A DNA stretch of 64,000 nt, from NCBI GenBank assembly GCA_002269645.1, contig NIVC01000414.1:62001-126000 (forward strand), given 5' to 3'. Origin of the DNA: Macrostomum lignano. Lineage: Eukaryota. A program made the translations under genes and the position numbers. Below the pieces are notes generated by a model. It saw nothing but the letters and a program-made list of their open reading frames with translations, was not told where the DNA came from and ran no database searches. Shown one piece after another: positions 23,990 through 36,282 of this stretch (the first letter of the stretch is position 1; every line of letters begins with the position of its first letter).

Positions 23990-24607
23990 GAGATCAGCAC
24001 CAAGAGACGCCAGCACCAAGAGACGCCAGCACCAAGAGACGCCAGCACCAAGAGACGCCAGCAACAAGAAACGCCAGCACCAAGAGACGCCAGCACCAAG
24101 AGACGCCAGCACCAAGAGACGCCAGCACCAAGAGACGCCAACACCAAGAGACGCCAGCACCAAGAGACGCCAGCACCAAGAGACGCCAGCACCAAGAGAC
24201 GCCAGCACCAAGAGACGCCAGCACCAAGAGACGCCAGCACCAAGAGACGCCAGCACCAAGAGACGCCAGCACCACGAGACGCCAGCACCAAGAGACGCCA
24301 GCACCAAGAGACGCCAACACCAAGAGACGCCAGCACCAAGAGACGCCAGCACCACGAGACGCCAGCACCAAGAGACGCCAGCACCAAGAGACGCCAGCAA
24401 CAAGAAACGCCAGCACCAAGAGACGCCAGCACCAAAAGACGCCAGCACCAAGAGACGCCAGCACCAAGAGACGCCAGCACCAAGAGACGCCAGCACCAAG
24501 AGACGTCAGCACCAAGAGACGTCAGCACCAAGAGACGTCAGCACCAAGAGACGCCAGCACCAAGAGACGCCAACACCAAGAGACGCCAGCACCAAGAGAC
24601 GCCAGCA
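23990..24607. repeat. 16-bp tandem repeat AGACGCCAGCACCAAG (FOG intron)
   Basis: Near-perfect tandem units. Confidence 0.95.
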
Positions 24608-24641
24608 ACAATGAGTTTCTACGAACAACAAATAAACTCAC

Positions 24642-24684
24642 CTCGAAGGCAGGCGTGGTTTCTGAACAGCTCGGCAATTCTCAT
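24642..24684 (-). CDS. zfpm: Candidate first coding exon of FOG/ZFPM (MRIAELFRNHACLR)
   Basis: ATG 24684 and phase-1 donor GAG|GTGAGT that matches the next acceptor; the true start may lie further upstream. Confidence 0.5.
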
Positions 24685-25349
24685 TGCTCTGTCACTGAAT
24701 TGTACAGCACAGCACGGCACAACAAACAAAATGGCGGGATGTCGTCCAGCTTCAGCAGGATAAAAGGGGGTGACTTTTGCAGACAAAAACGAGGGCTGGT
24801 ATCCTTCCTGACCTGTCTGTGTGGAATATCTGTCTGCACTGGATCTTATTGCTGTGGTTGAGGGGAGCAACGGGTCGGCAATACTCTAGTCTAGTGTATA
24901 TGGGGTGGCTCGACCTTATCTAACTGATATCAATTGCCTGAACCAACCCGCATTGCTGTGTTCTTCTTTTCTGCCCTTGTGGCCTCCGCTGTGGCTTTCG
25001 AATTTCGGGGGAGTTGGGGGTTGGCCGCTGCCCACCCGCCCCTCGCAGTCCCCCCAGCGCCATGGGAGACGGGCCGGGCCCCAGTGGGACAGAGCAGCAA
25101 GAGGAGAAAACGAGGCGGGCCTCTGCATCCACCCCCTCCACTTGCCCTGTTATCAGCGGCTCTTATCAATCCCGAACTGTGGGGTTGGGGTCCCAGTTTT
25201 ATCTCGCTATCGATTTTCAAGGCGGATTCGCTCTCGGTTTTCTAGATTGGAAACTCAGATTCCGGAGGCCTGCGGGGGGGCAGTGTCATGGTGGCCGAGA
25301 TCCACTGCATGGAGTGGTGACTTTGATGGCGCCTTTTGGGTGAGATTTA

Positions 25350-26465
25350 AGCACCGCAGGGTGAGATTTAAGCGCCGCAGGGTGAGATTTTAGTTCCGCA
25401 GGGTGAGATGTTAGCTCCGCAGGGTGAGATTTTAGCGCCGCAGGGTGTGATTTTAGCTCCGCAGGGTGAGATGTTAGCTCCGCAGGGTGAGATTTTAGCT
25501 CCGCAGGGTGTGATTTTAGCTCCGCAGGGTGAGATTTTAGCTCCGCAGGGTGAGATTTAAGCGCCGCAGGGTGAGATTTTAGCGCCTTCTGGGTTAGATT
25601 TTAGCGCCGCCGCAGGGTGAGATTTAAGCACCGCAGGGTCAAATTTTAGCTCCGCAGGGTGAGATTTTAGCTCCGCAGGGTGAGATTTTAGCGCTGCAGG
25701 GTGAGTTTTTAGCGCCGCAGGGTAAGATTTTAACGCCGCAGGGTGAGATTTTAGCTCCGCAGGGTGAGATTTTAGCTCCGCAGGGTGAGATTTAAGCGCC
25801 GCAGGGTGAGATTTTAGCGCCTTCTGGGTTAGATTTTAGCGCCGCCGCAGGGTGAGATTTAAGCACCGCAGGGTGAAATTTTAGCTCCGCAGGGTGAGAT
25901 TTTAGCTCCGCAGGGTGAGATTTTAGCTCCGCAGGGTGAGATTTTAGCTCCGCAGGGTGAGATTTTAGCTCCGCAGGGTGAGATTTTAGCGCTGCAGGGT
26001 GAGTTTTTAGCGCCGCAGGGTAAGATTTTAACGCCGCAGGGTGAGATTTTAGCGCCGCAGGGTGAGATTTTAGCACCTCAGGGTGAGATTTAAGCGCCGC
26101 AGGGTGAGATTTTAGCGCCGCAGGGTGTGAGTTTAGCGCTGCAGGAGGAGATTTTAGCTCCGCAGGGTGAGATTTTAGCGCCGCAGGGTGTGAGTTTAGC
26201 GCTGCAGGGTGAGATTTTAGCTCCGCAGGGTGCAGGGTGTGCTCCCAGATTTTAGCGCCGCAGGGTGAGATTTTAGCGCCGCAGGGTGAGATTTTAGCGC
26301 CGCAGGGTGAGATTTTAGCTCCGCAGGGTGAGATTTAAGCGCCGCAGGGTGAGATTTAAGCTTCGCAGGGTGAGATTTAAGCGCCGCAGGGTGAGATTTT
26401 AGCGCCGCAGGGTGAGATTTTAGCGCAGCAAAGTGAGATTTTAGCGCCGCAGGGTGAGATTTTAG
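25350..26465. repeat. 21-bp tandem repeat GCGCCGCAGGGTGAGATTTTA
   Basis: Tandem units with GCGCC/GCTCC variants. Confidence 0.95.
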
Positions 26466-27639
26466 CGATTTTAGCGATTTTAGCCTGCAGTTTTCTGGTC
26501 ATGAGAGACTTGTGAGAGTTAGGAAACGCTCTCAGTGTTTGTTTCGCTTTCCTACCTGCCCAGAACCAAAATAGAAGTTAAGTATATTGAAGTTAATTTC
26601 TTTTACATTAGATGAGAGAGACGGAGAGGAGAGAGGAGAGAGGAGAGGAGAGAGAAGAAAAGAGGAAAGATGAGATGAGAAATAACAGGTGAGAGGCCAG
26701 AAAGAGATGAAAGGAGAGATTAGATCAGAGACCCCCCTGAGAGATGGAGACGAGAGAAGAGATCAGACCGAAGATAAGAGGAGAGACCCTGAGAGGAGTC
26801 GAGGAGAGAGAAGAGAGCCGAGAAGAGACACAAACCTGCCATTGCGAAGTTGTCGGGCCGGAGTTGCCACTCCATATTCTGGCTCCAATTCTCCTTGGCG
26901 GGTGTTCTCCCAACTCCCCAAAATCGGCCTCTTATTTTGATGCGGGGGGGGGTGGGGCTCGAGATCTCAGATCGCCTCTTATCGCAGCGAAACAGGGCCG
27001 CAGTCTGGGGTTGGGGCGGGCAAAACCTTTCCTATCATTTATTTCCAGCTTCCCAGTTTGCACCGGGGCGCGGTAGAGGGCCTCCATAGTATGATATATG
27101 TTTTTATCGGCTTGGCAAATCTTCAGCTAGGCCTGGACCTTATCGCGATCTCCGGGTTCGCCTGCCGTGTGCGCGCATCAGTGGCTTTAAAACAGCCAGA
27201 GAGAGAGAGACAAGAGATAAAAGATCGAGCTGGCTTATCTATCGAACTGGCATTGGGCTGAAGGCAAATGAGGGCGCTCATCTACTTTGGTGTATTCCTA
27301 TCTCCCCCCGTAGCTGATGCCTGCCTGACTTCTCACTCTGGGTTTTCTTTAGCTATTTCTGGCTTGTCTCTGTCAATCTCTCTGCCTCCTCTCTGCTTTT
27401 GGCTGGCTTATCTCCGCTTTTTCATCTGGTCTGCCGGCCCGACAGCGCGCCCTCGCCTCCTTCCTTGCCGTTTGCTTACCGTGGCTTCATCTTGCGCTTT
27501 CAGCCAAGCAGCTCTGCCAGATCCATTACCGTCCGAAGGCGCACAGAAAGTCTTACCACAACTTTACGCTTGGCTATAAAAAACAAGATAACTGGTAGAG
27601 GTGACAGGGGCCGTTGTCACAAAGGCGAAGTCATGGTGG

Positions 27640-28697
27640 CTGGCACCCCTGGTGCTGGCGCCCCTGGTGCTGGCGCCCCTGGTGCTGGCGCCCCTGGTGC
27701 TGGCGCCCCTGGTGCTGGCGCCCCTGGTGCTGGCGCCCCTGGTGCTGGCGCCCCTGGTGCTGGCGCCCCTGGTGCTGGCGCCCCTGGTGCTGGCGCCCCT
27801 GGTGCTGGCGCCCCTGGTGCTGGCGCCCCTGGTGCTGGCGCCCCTGGTGCTGGCGCCCCTGGTGCTGGCGCCCCTGGTGCTGGCGCCCCTGGTGCTGGCG
27901 CCCCTGGTGCTAAAGCCCCTGGTGCTAAAGCCCCTGGTGCTAAAGCCCCTGGTGCTAAAGCCCCTGGTGCTAAAGCCCCTGGTGCTGGCGCCCCTGGTGC
28001 TAAAGCCCCTGGTGCTGGCGCCCCTGGTGCTAAAGCCCCTGGTGCTAAAGCCCCTGGTGCTAAAGCCCCTGGTGCTGGTGCCCCTGGTGCTGGCGCCCCT
28101 GGTGCTAAAGCCCCTGGTGCTGGCGCCCCTGGTGCTGGCGCCCCTGGTGCTGGCGCCCCTGGTGCTGGCGCCCCTGGTGCTGGCGCCCCTGGTGCTGGCG
28201 CCCCTGGTGCTGGCGCCCCTGGTGCTGGTGCCCCTGGTGCTGGCGCCCCTGGTGCTGGCGCCCCTGGTGCTGGCGCCCCACTGGTGCTGGCGCCCCACTG
28301 GTGCTGGCGCCCCTGATGCTGGCGCCCCACTGGTGCTGGCGCCCCTGGTGCTGGCGCCCCTGGTGCTGGCGCCCCTGGTGCTGGCGCCCCACTGGTGCTG
28401 GCGCCCCTGGTGCTGGCGCCCCTGGTGCTGGCGCCCCACTGGTGCTGGCGCCCCTGGTGCTGGCGCCCCACTGGTGCTGGCGCCCCACTGGTGCTGGCGC
28501 CCCTGGTGCTGGCGCCCCACTGGTGCTGGCGCCCCTGGTGCTGGCGCCCCTGGTGCTGGCGCCCCTGGTGCTGGCGCCCCTGGTGCTGGCGCCCCTGGTG
28601 CTGGCGCCCCTGGTGCTGGCGCCCCTGGTGCTGGCGCCCCTGGTGCTGGCGCCCCTGGTGCTGGCGCCCCTGGTGCTGGCGCCCCTGGTGCTGGCGC
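27640..28697. repeat. 15-bp minisatellite CCCCTGGTGCTGGCG / CCCCTGGTGCTAAAG, array 1
   Basis: Tandem units; some 17-bp CCCCACTGG variants at about 28270-28530. Confidence 0.97.
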
Positions 28698-28796
28698 TCA
28701 AGTTGAAAAGCTTAGCATCAACTTATATTTCTAGTTAATTATAGTTCTACTATAGTTTGTGATTGATTGATGACAGATTTCTAAAAAAGCTTCGTC

Positions 28797-29145
28797 TTAT
28801 CAATCGAGTAAAAAATTATTTTGGTCTGGTCTCCAATTTCGGCACCTGCAACTTATTGAGGCCATTTCGTGTCTCCTCTATGCAGATGGGGTTCCAATCC
28901 AGATAGCTATATAAAAACGGTCCTTGCCAGCCCGCGGTTTTTGGCATTCATTCAGTCTCTGTCCGGCCCTCATGCCAGAGAAACTGCAATCTTATCTACT
29001 CTGGCCAATCTCTGGTCTGCCTCATTTTCTTCTGCCTGTCGGCCTGGCCTCTCTTTCCTGCTTCTCCTTATCTGTCTGTAGCATCAATTGTCTCTGAGCC
29101 TTATCTCGGCCGTCCCTCCCCGCCTCACCCCCCGAGCCGCTATCT
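28797..29145. promoter_or_regulatory. Cluster of six WGATAR motifs upstream of FOG
   Basis: TTATCA 28797, AGATAG 28901, TTATCT 28992, 29068 and 29101, CTATCT 29140. Confidence 0.45.
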
Positions 29146-29529
29146 CCCTCTCCTTCCCTCCACTTCCATTCTAGCGAGAGGAGGGGGACCGTTCGCTTTG
29201 TGGGTTGTGGCTTGTCTGTCGGTTTCACAGCTCGAGATTGGGTTTTGCTGCTTCTGCTAGGTTTGTTCGACACTTATTAAGAAATATAAGTTTGGCCTCG
29301 TGTGCACCTGATGCAGCAGCGCCCTAATTAGATGGAGAATCTGTTTTAAAATCAATTCTGAGATTTAGCAGCCTGAATTTACAGCAGCAATTGCGGATGC
29401 TGTGGGTGTTCACTGCGGCATAGTTGTGCACTGCACTAGCATGCCCTGAATTGGGTGTCACCGCGGTGTCAGGGGGATGTTGTTCGTGTATGGGAGTCCG
29501 TTAGGATGGGACTGTCAGGACCCTCTCAT

Positions 29530-29950
29530 CCTTCTGCTCTCCTACCCTCCTACCCTCCGACCCTCCGACCCTCCGACCCTCCGACCCTCCGACTCTCCGA
29601 CCCTCCGACCCTCCGACCCTCCGACCCCCCTACCCCCGACCCTCCTACCCTCCGACCCTCCGACCCTCCGACCCCCTACCCCGACCCTCCTACCCTCCGA
29701 CCCTCCGACCCTCCGACCCTCCGACCCTCCGACCCTCCTCCTCCGACCCTCCTACCCTCCGACCCTCCGACCCCTCCGACCCTCCTACCCTCCGACCCTC
29801 CGACCCTCCGACCCTCCGACCCCCTAACCCCCGACCCTCCTACCCTCCGACCCTCCTACCCTCCGACCCTCCGACCCTCCGACCCTCCTACCCTCCGACC
29901 CTCCGACCCTCCTACCCTCCGACCCTCCTCTCCACCCTCCACCCTGCAAC
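29530..29950. repeat. 8-bp CCGACCCT repeat
   Basis: Tandem CCGACCCT/CCTACCCT. Confidence 0.92.
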
Positions 29951-30600
29951 GCAGCCTCGCCTCGCCAAGTGCACCCATTCGGACCAATTCGCTAGCAGCT
30001 ACAGAGCTGATCCCTCACTCCCCCATGGCAGCATGAAGTGCCCACAGAGAACACAGAGTACCAGCTTTACCTTTTCACTGTTCCACCAACCTGTTACTCG
30101 GAAACGAAGAAGTTCATAAGCATAAACCTCGAAATATTTATATGGAATCAATAAAGCTTCAATCTTTTGCCTTGATGATAGAATAGAAAGGTGAAATTTT
30201 TACAATTTCAAACCATTCGAGACACCATCAGCTTCAGCTGTTAATCTGTTTACAATGCAGCTTCTACCAAATCCACTCTGTATCCAAGCCAAATGCTGTG
30301 CTATCCGCATCAAATTCAACCTTAACACAGACCAAGATCTTGTCTGATAGTGTCATGAGCGTTGTAAATTGGTAACTGCTGCTCTGGGCCTTATCTTCAC
30401 GCACCAATAAACCAGCCTTGCAATGCTCCCTTGCTGCGAACGCGTATAAAGATTCTTGGGATATTCGAGTATAGGGATGATAAAATTTGAAATAATAAGT
30501 TTCATATCGGATGTAGGGATCATTCACAAGTGTCTTTGGTGAGATATTGCTTGTTTTAATTAAAATTTCGGATTTGAAGGATTTCGGCTAGTTTCGAACT

Positions 30601-32460
30601 AAAGCCCCTGGTGCTGGCGCCCCTGGTGCTGGCGCCCCTGGTGCTGGCGCCCCTGGTGCTGGCGCCCCTGGTGCTGGCGCCCCTGGTGCTGGCGCCCCTG
30701 GTGCTGGCGCCCCTGGTGCTGGCGCCCCTGGTGCTGGCGCCCCTGGTGCTGGCGCCCCTGGTGCTGGCGCCCCTGGTGCTGGCGCCCCTGGTGCTGGCGC
30801 CCCTGGTGCTGGCGCCCCTGGTGCTAAAGCCCCTGGTGCTGGCGCCCCTGGTGCTAAAGCCCCTGGTGCTGGCGCCCCTGGTGCTAAAGCCCCTGGTGCT
30901 AAAGCCCCTGGTGCTAAAGCCCCTGGTGCTGGCGCCCCTGGTGCTGGCGCCCCTGGTGCTGGCGCCCCTGGTGCTGGCGCCCCTGGTGCTGGCGCCCCTG
31001 GTGCTGGCGCCCCTGGTGCTAAAGCCCCTGGTGCTAAAGCCCCTGGTGCTAAAGCCCCTGGTGCTAAAGCCCCTGGTGCTAAAGCCCCTGGTGCTAAAGC
31101 CCCTGGTGCTAAAGCCCCTGGTGCTAAAGCCCCTGGTGCTAAAGCCCCTGGTGCTAAAGCCCCTGGTGCTAAAGCCCCTGGTGCTAAAGCCCCTGGTGCT
31201 AAAGCCCCTGGTGCTAAAGCCCCTGGTGCTGGCGCCCCTGGTGCTAAAGCCCCTGGTGCTAAAGCCCCTGGTGCTAAAGCCCCTGGTGCTAAAGCCCCTG
31301 GTGCTAAAGCCCCTGGTGCTGGCGCCCCTGGTGCTGGCGCCCCTGGTGCTGGCGCCCCTGGTGCTGGCGCCCCTGGTGCTGGCGCCCCTGGTGCTGGCGC
31401 CCCTGGTGCTAAAGCCCCTGGTGCTAAAGCCCCTGGTGCTGGCGCCCCTGGTGCTGGCGCCCCTGGTGCTGGCGCCCCTGGTGCTGGCGCCCCTGGTGCT
31501 GGCGCCCCTGGTGCTGGCGCCCCTGGTGCTGGCGCCCCTGGTGCTGGCGCCCCTGGTGCTGGCGCCCCTGGTGCTGGCGCCCCTGGTGCTGGCGCCCCTG
31601 GTGCTGGCGCCCCTGGTGCTGGCGCCCCTGGTGCTGGCGCCCCTGGTGCTGGCGCCCCTGGTGCTGGCGCCCCTGGTGCTGGCGCCCCTGGTGCTGGCGC
31701 CCCTGGTGCTGGCGCCCCTGGTGCTGGCGCCCCTGGTGCTGGCGCCCCTGGTGCTAAAGCCCCTGGTGCTAAAGCCCCTGGTGCTAAAGCCCCTGGTGCT
31801 AAAGCCCCTGGTGCTAAAGCCCCTGGTGCTAAAGCCCCTGGTGCTAAAGCCCCTGGTGCTAAAGCCCCTGGTGCTAAAGCCCCTGGTGCTAAAGCCCCTG
31901 GTGCTAAAGCCCCTGGTGCTAAAGCCCCTGGTGCTAAAGCCCCTGGTGCTAAAGCCCCTGGTGCTAAAGCCCCTGGTGCTAAAGCCCCTGGTGCTAAAGC
32001 CCCTGGTGCTAAAGCCCCTGGTGCTAAAGCCCCTGGTGCTAAAGCCCCTGGTGCTAAAGCCCCTGGTGCTGGCGCCCCTGGTGCTGGCGCCCCTGGTGCT
32101 AAAGCCCCTGGTGCTAAAGCCCCTGGTGCTGGCGCCCCTGGTGCTAAAGCCTCTGGTGCTAAAGCCCCTGGTGCTAAAGCCCCTGGTGCTAAAGCCCCTG
32201 GTGCTAAAGCCCCTGGTGCTAAAGCCCCTGGTGCTAAAGCCCCTGGTGCTAAAGCCCCTGGTGCTAAAGCCCCTGGTGCTAAAGCCCCTGGTGCTAAAGC
32301 CCCTGGTGCTAAAGCCCCTGGTGCTAAAGCCCCTGGTGCTGGCGCCCCTGGTGCTGGCGCCCCTGGTGCTAAAGCCCCTGGTGCTAAAGCCCCTGGTGCT
32401 GGCGCCCCTGGTGCTGGCGCCCCTGGTGCTAAAGCCTCTGGTGCTAAAGCCCCTGGTGCT
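30601..32460. repeat. 15-bp two-variant minisatellite, array 2 (124 units)
   Basis: 1860 bp in exact 15-bp register; units differ only as GGC versus AAA, plus two CCTCT point variants. Confidence 0.98.
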
Positions 32461-33224
32461 TCCTGAACAGCTTCATTTATTCATTTATACCAAGAATGAA
32501 CTTGCACGGTATGCACTGCATACTACTAGTTCAGTGTTAGTATGAAGTAAGTACAAGACTAGCGAGAATTACTCTTTAAATAATGGAAAGACGGCTTCTA
32601 CATATTCGGTAACCAGAAAGCAGACAGCAGACAATTCTCAAGGAAAAAGCTGGATGAGGCCTTTGCCATTGAGAAGTGCCCAACAAACCCATGCAAAATT
32701 ATTGGTGAGTAATTTCGCCCTGGAGGGAAGCTAGTAATTTTAAAGTCGTTTGAATTACTGAATGTCAGTTGCTAAAAATGGTCCTTCGTCCTGTCACAGT
32801 CGGGCAAAGTGCTCCAACTTTATCACTCAGTCAGTCAATCACCATGACTGCCCAAGTAAAGAAAGAAGCTTATACTCGTACATGAGCAGCCATGCTCAGA
32901 GTGTGCTCAAATAGTTAAACAATAGATTACAGTAGTTCTCTCTTCCACATCATGTATAACTGGGGAACTCGCCCTTGTGGCAGACAATTTGCTTGGAGAA
33001 TAAACAGGCACTCAATGGGATGTAGCGCATGCCTATCACCCTCCCTTCCCCCAATGGCTCCCGTCTTCTCTCCGCTGTGGCTCTTCTCCGTGATCTGCTT
33101 CATCCCAGCCTCCCCTCCCAGACCCGAAGCTGCAGAGGGGGTTAGAGAAAGCAAATTTAAGAGGGAGAGTTCTGCATGGGATGGGTTAGCAGCACATATC
33201 GCCAGATGACAATGGCAGACTTTA

Positions 33225-33244
33225 ATGGTTGCCATGGCAACCAT
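33225..33244. promoter_or_regulatory. X-box (RFX site) inside a 20-bp perfect palindrome
   Basis: ATGGTTGCCATGGCAACCAT; core GTTGCCATGGCAAC at 33228-33241, about 1.05 kb upstream of the K+ channel ATG. Confidence 0.6.
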
Positions 33245-33714
33245 CGACTGCTGCTACTTCAAGCCCGAGTGAAGATGCTGGAGGCTGAGCCGAAAGCCTG
33301 TAGAGTGCTGATGTAGAGGGGAGTCTGTGCTTCACAATGGTCGGTGTGGCTGCATGGCCTACCTCGCAGCCTCTCTCCCTCATCGCTGCCAGTACGTATC
33401 TTTGTTTCTATCTGAATCTGAATTTCCTGGCGCCTCAGCCTATTGACGCTGAACTGTTGTTACTGAATTTTTCTGTTATTGCATTTTCTATTTTTTCAAG
33501 TGTCAGCTTCGAATTTAAGTGATTAATTTATTGAATATTGCCAAATTTTATTTTAATTCAAGTCAGATTTTTTATCACGGACTTGCTTTGCTACACAGAC
33601 GACAATACCCTTGCAAGCCTTTGTTAAACTGATTGTCAATATTTCGATCACTAACTCTTTATTTTACTCGGGAACTCGCTCATTTACTCATGAAATTACT
33701 CATGCACTCTCAAA

Positions 33715-33955
33715 TATGAGCTCATGAACTCAATAATGAGCTCATAGACTCAATAATGAGCTGATGCACTCTCACTTGTGAGCTCATGTACTCACTTATG
33801 AGCTCATGTACTCACTTATGAGCTCATGTACTCACTTATGAGCTCATGTACTCACTTATGAGCTCATGTACTCACTTATGAGCTCATGTACTCACTTATG
33901 AGCTCAAGTACTCACTTATGAGCTCATGTACTCACTTATGAGCTCATGTACTCAC
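33715..33955. repeat. 20-bp tandem repeat TGAGCTCATGTACTCACTTA
   Basis: Tandem units, probably within a 5' UTR intron of the channel gene. Confidence 0.92.
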
Positions 33956-34298
33956 GTGAACACACTCTCTCATACAGTCATGAAGCCACTAAGTTCCTCT
34001 TCATCCAATTTCGATTTCTCTTAAAAGCAGAAATTTTGCGAAACACAATAGCGCTAAAAATTCAATTCCGGAGCAGAAGCAGTGCTCTCCATTGTCTCTG
34101 AGTCGATTCCTTATTGGCTGACAGCCTCTGGCACTCCCAACGCTCTTACCTCTGCATGGCATGATTCCTCATGGTAAAGCATGAAATCCTAAGGTCGTTG
34201 GAAACAATGCTCTGCACTGAGCACTGAACACTGAGCAGGCTTCAACTCTCGAAGATAACCTGTGGCTTCTGGATTCTGCTTTTAGTCTTGGCGTCAGC

Positions 34299-34556
34299 AT
34301 GGACCTCAGAGATGCACGAATTGTCATCAACGTCAGCGGCACTCGATTTGAGACCACCTACTCGGTGCTCGAGCGGTTCCCCGGTAGCCGGCTGGCTCTG
34401 CTGGCTACACTTCGCGAGGATGACGAAGCCTTCGATCGCGACCGCAGGGAGTACTACTTCGACAGGCACCCGGAGGTGTTCGCCGACATCCTGCACTTCT
34501 ACCGGACTGAGGAGCTGCACATTCGTAGAAATCTGTGCGGCAACGTCATCAAGAAG
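34299..34556 (+). CDS. Shaw: Shaw/Kv3-family voltage-gated K+ channel, exon 1 (T1/BTB domain)
   Basis: RIVINVSGTRFET..EYYFDRHPEVFADILHFYRTEELHIRRNLCG; phase-0 donor AAG|GTTTGG. Confidence 0.92.
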
Positions 34557-34619
34557 GTTTGGTTGAGAAGTATTATTCTCTGAAGCATTATACTGGATAT
34601 CAAAGTCGCATTAAAGCTA

Positions 34620-35260
34620 TAAAGTCACTCATTCAGCCACTCGTTCAGTCACCCATTCAGTCACTCATTCAGTCACTCATTCAGCCACTCACTCTCACTC
34701 ATTCAGTCACTCATTCAGGCACACATTCAGTCACTCATTGAGTCACTCATTCAGGCACTCATTCAGTCACTCATTCAGTCACTCATTCAGTCATTCATTC
34801 AGTCACTCATTCAGTCACTCACTCATACAGTCACTCATTCAGCCACTCACTCATACAGTCACTCATACAGTCCCTCATTCAGCCACTCACTCATACAGTC
34901 ACTCATTCAGTCAATCATTCAGTCACTCACTCATACAGTCACTCATTCAGCCACTCACTCATACAGTCACTCATTCATCCACTCACTCATACAGTCACTC
35001 ATTCAGTCAATCATTCAGTCACTCATTCAGTCACCCATTCAGTCACTCATTCAGCCACTCACTCATACAGTCACTCATTCAGTCAATCATTCAGTCACTC
35101 ATTCAATCACTCATTCAGTCACTCATTCAGTCACCCATTCAGTCACTCATTCAGCCACTCACTCATACAGTCACTCATTCAGCCACTCACTCATACAGTC
35201 ACTCATTCAGTCAATCATTCAGTCACTCATTCAATCACTCATTCAGTCACTCATTTAGTC
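34620..35260. repeat. CAGTCACTCATT-type 12-mer repeat (channel intron 1)
   Basis: Tandem degenerate units. Confidence 0.92.
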
Positions 35261-36282
35261 ATCCATTGACTCAGCATTCACTTAAAGTTCATCCCGCCGT
35301 CATCCGATCAATTTCTCAAAAAAAAATTTTTGCATTTCCGCCTGGCAACAAACTAGAGTACGGCGGTTCAGCAAACATACCAGCTACGTTTTAAGTCTGA
35401 AAATTTTCAATTCAAACAAAAGCCGTCGTAGCGAACGTTTCCTCAGAAGCTTAAAAGCATTTCTTACCTGCTCACGGCCACCAGCCGGAAGTGTAAAATG
35501 CATTCTAAAAGTACATTTTCTGCCTTCTACCAGCTGGGAGCTGACACACCTGTAAATAGCTGCCTCCTCTGCAGTCTTAGGCAAGCTCACCTTTTCTCAG
35601 CCTCGTATTTCTATTGCAACAACTGCAGCAAACTCAGAGCCTGATGCAGTATTTAGTAGTCCTTCATCAAATTCTAGGCAATGTTTGCTCAGTACATTTA
35701 GTCCCAGACTTAGGGGCAAATTTTATCGGGCAAAACACCTGCTTCAGTCTCAGACAAGGGGGTGTACATTGTTGTCAATAATTCTAAGCCAAATGAATTG
35801 CTGACAGAAAATGCTGAGAATAATGGAAAAAATTGCATTTTTCCATTTTTCCGTTGTTGTTTTGCTGCTGCTGCTGCTAAAAGCAGACGGGCAATCATTC
35901 CGTTACATCCCGTTGCTCTGGAAGAGATTGACGCGCCCTTAAGAGTCACAGATTCAAAAACACAGACTGTTTTGCTTACTCCAGCAAGCAAGTAGGCAAT
36001 GCGAGGTGAGGTGAGGCCTGAGGTTGAGGTGGTTGAGCAGCACAGGCCCCGAAACTCAGCTTGCATTCTGTGTTTGCTTTGGCGTGCCGTCTCTTTCATG
36101 CGATGTCAAACAGAGCAGCGGTGATCAGATTTTTGAAGGTCTAAAAGTGAAGAGCAATCGATGTTTGTACGGGAATTAATAATTTATGAAGCCGTCCGGT
36201 TTGAAATGGAAAGAGTCGTTATTTGGACAACTTGTTTTTCACTTAGGAGTCTGGGAGAACGAATGACTTTCTAAATATAAGG

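Noticed and set aside
29220-29275. Possible upstream FOG exon carrying an RRKQ-like NuRD motif
   Set aside because: SRSSKTQSRAVK / QKQQNP are only vaguely similar, there is no ATG in frame and no donor nearby.
30264-30527. 87-aa minus-strand ORF between repeat arrays
   Set aside because: No domain recognised; could be a transposon fragment but there is no evidence.
27399-32545. Long GAPGA / VLAPL / VLKPL ORFs resembling silk, elastin or collagen
   Set aside because: They are stop-free readings of a 15-bp minisatellite, open in several frames on both strands, with no unique coding flanks or splice support.
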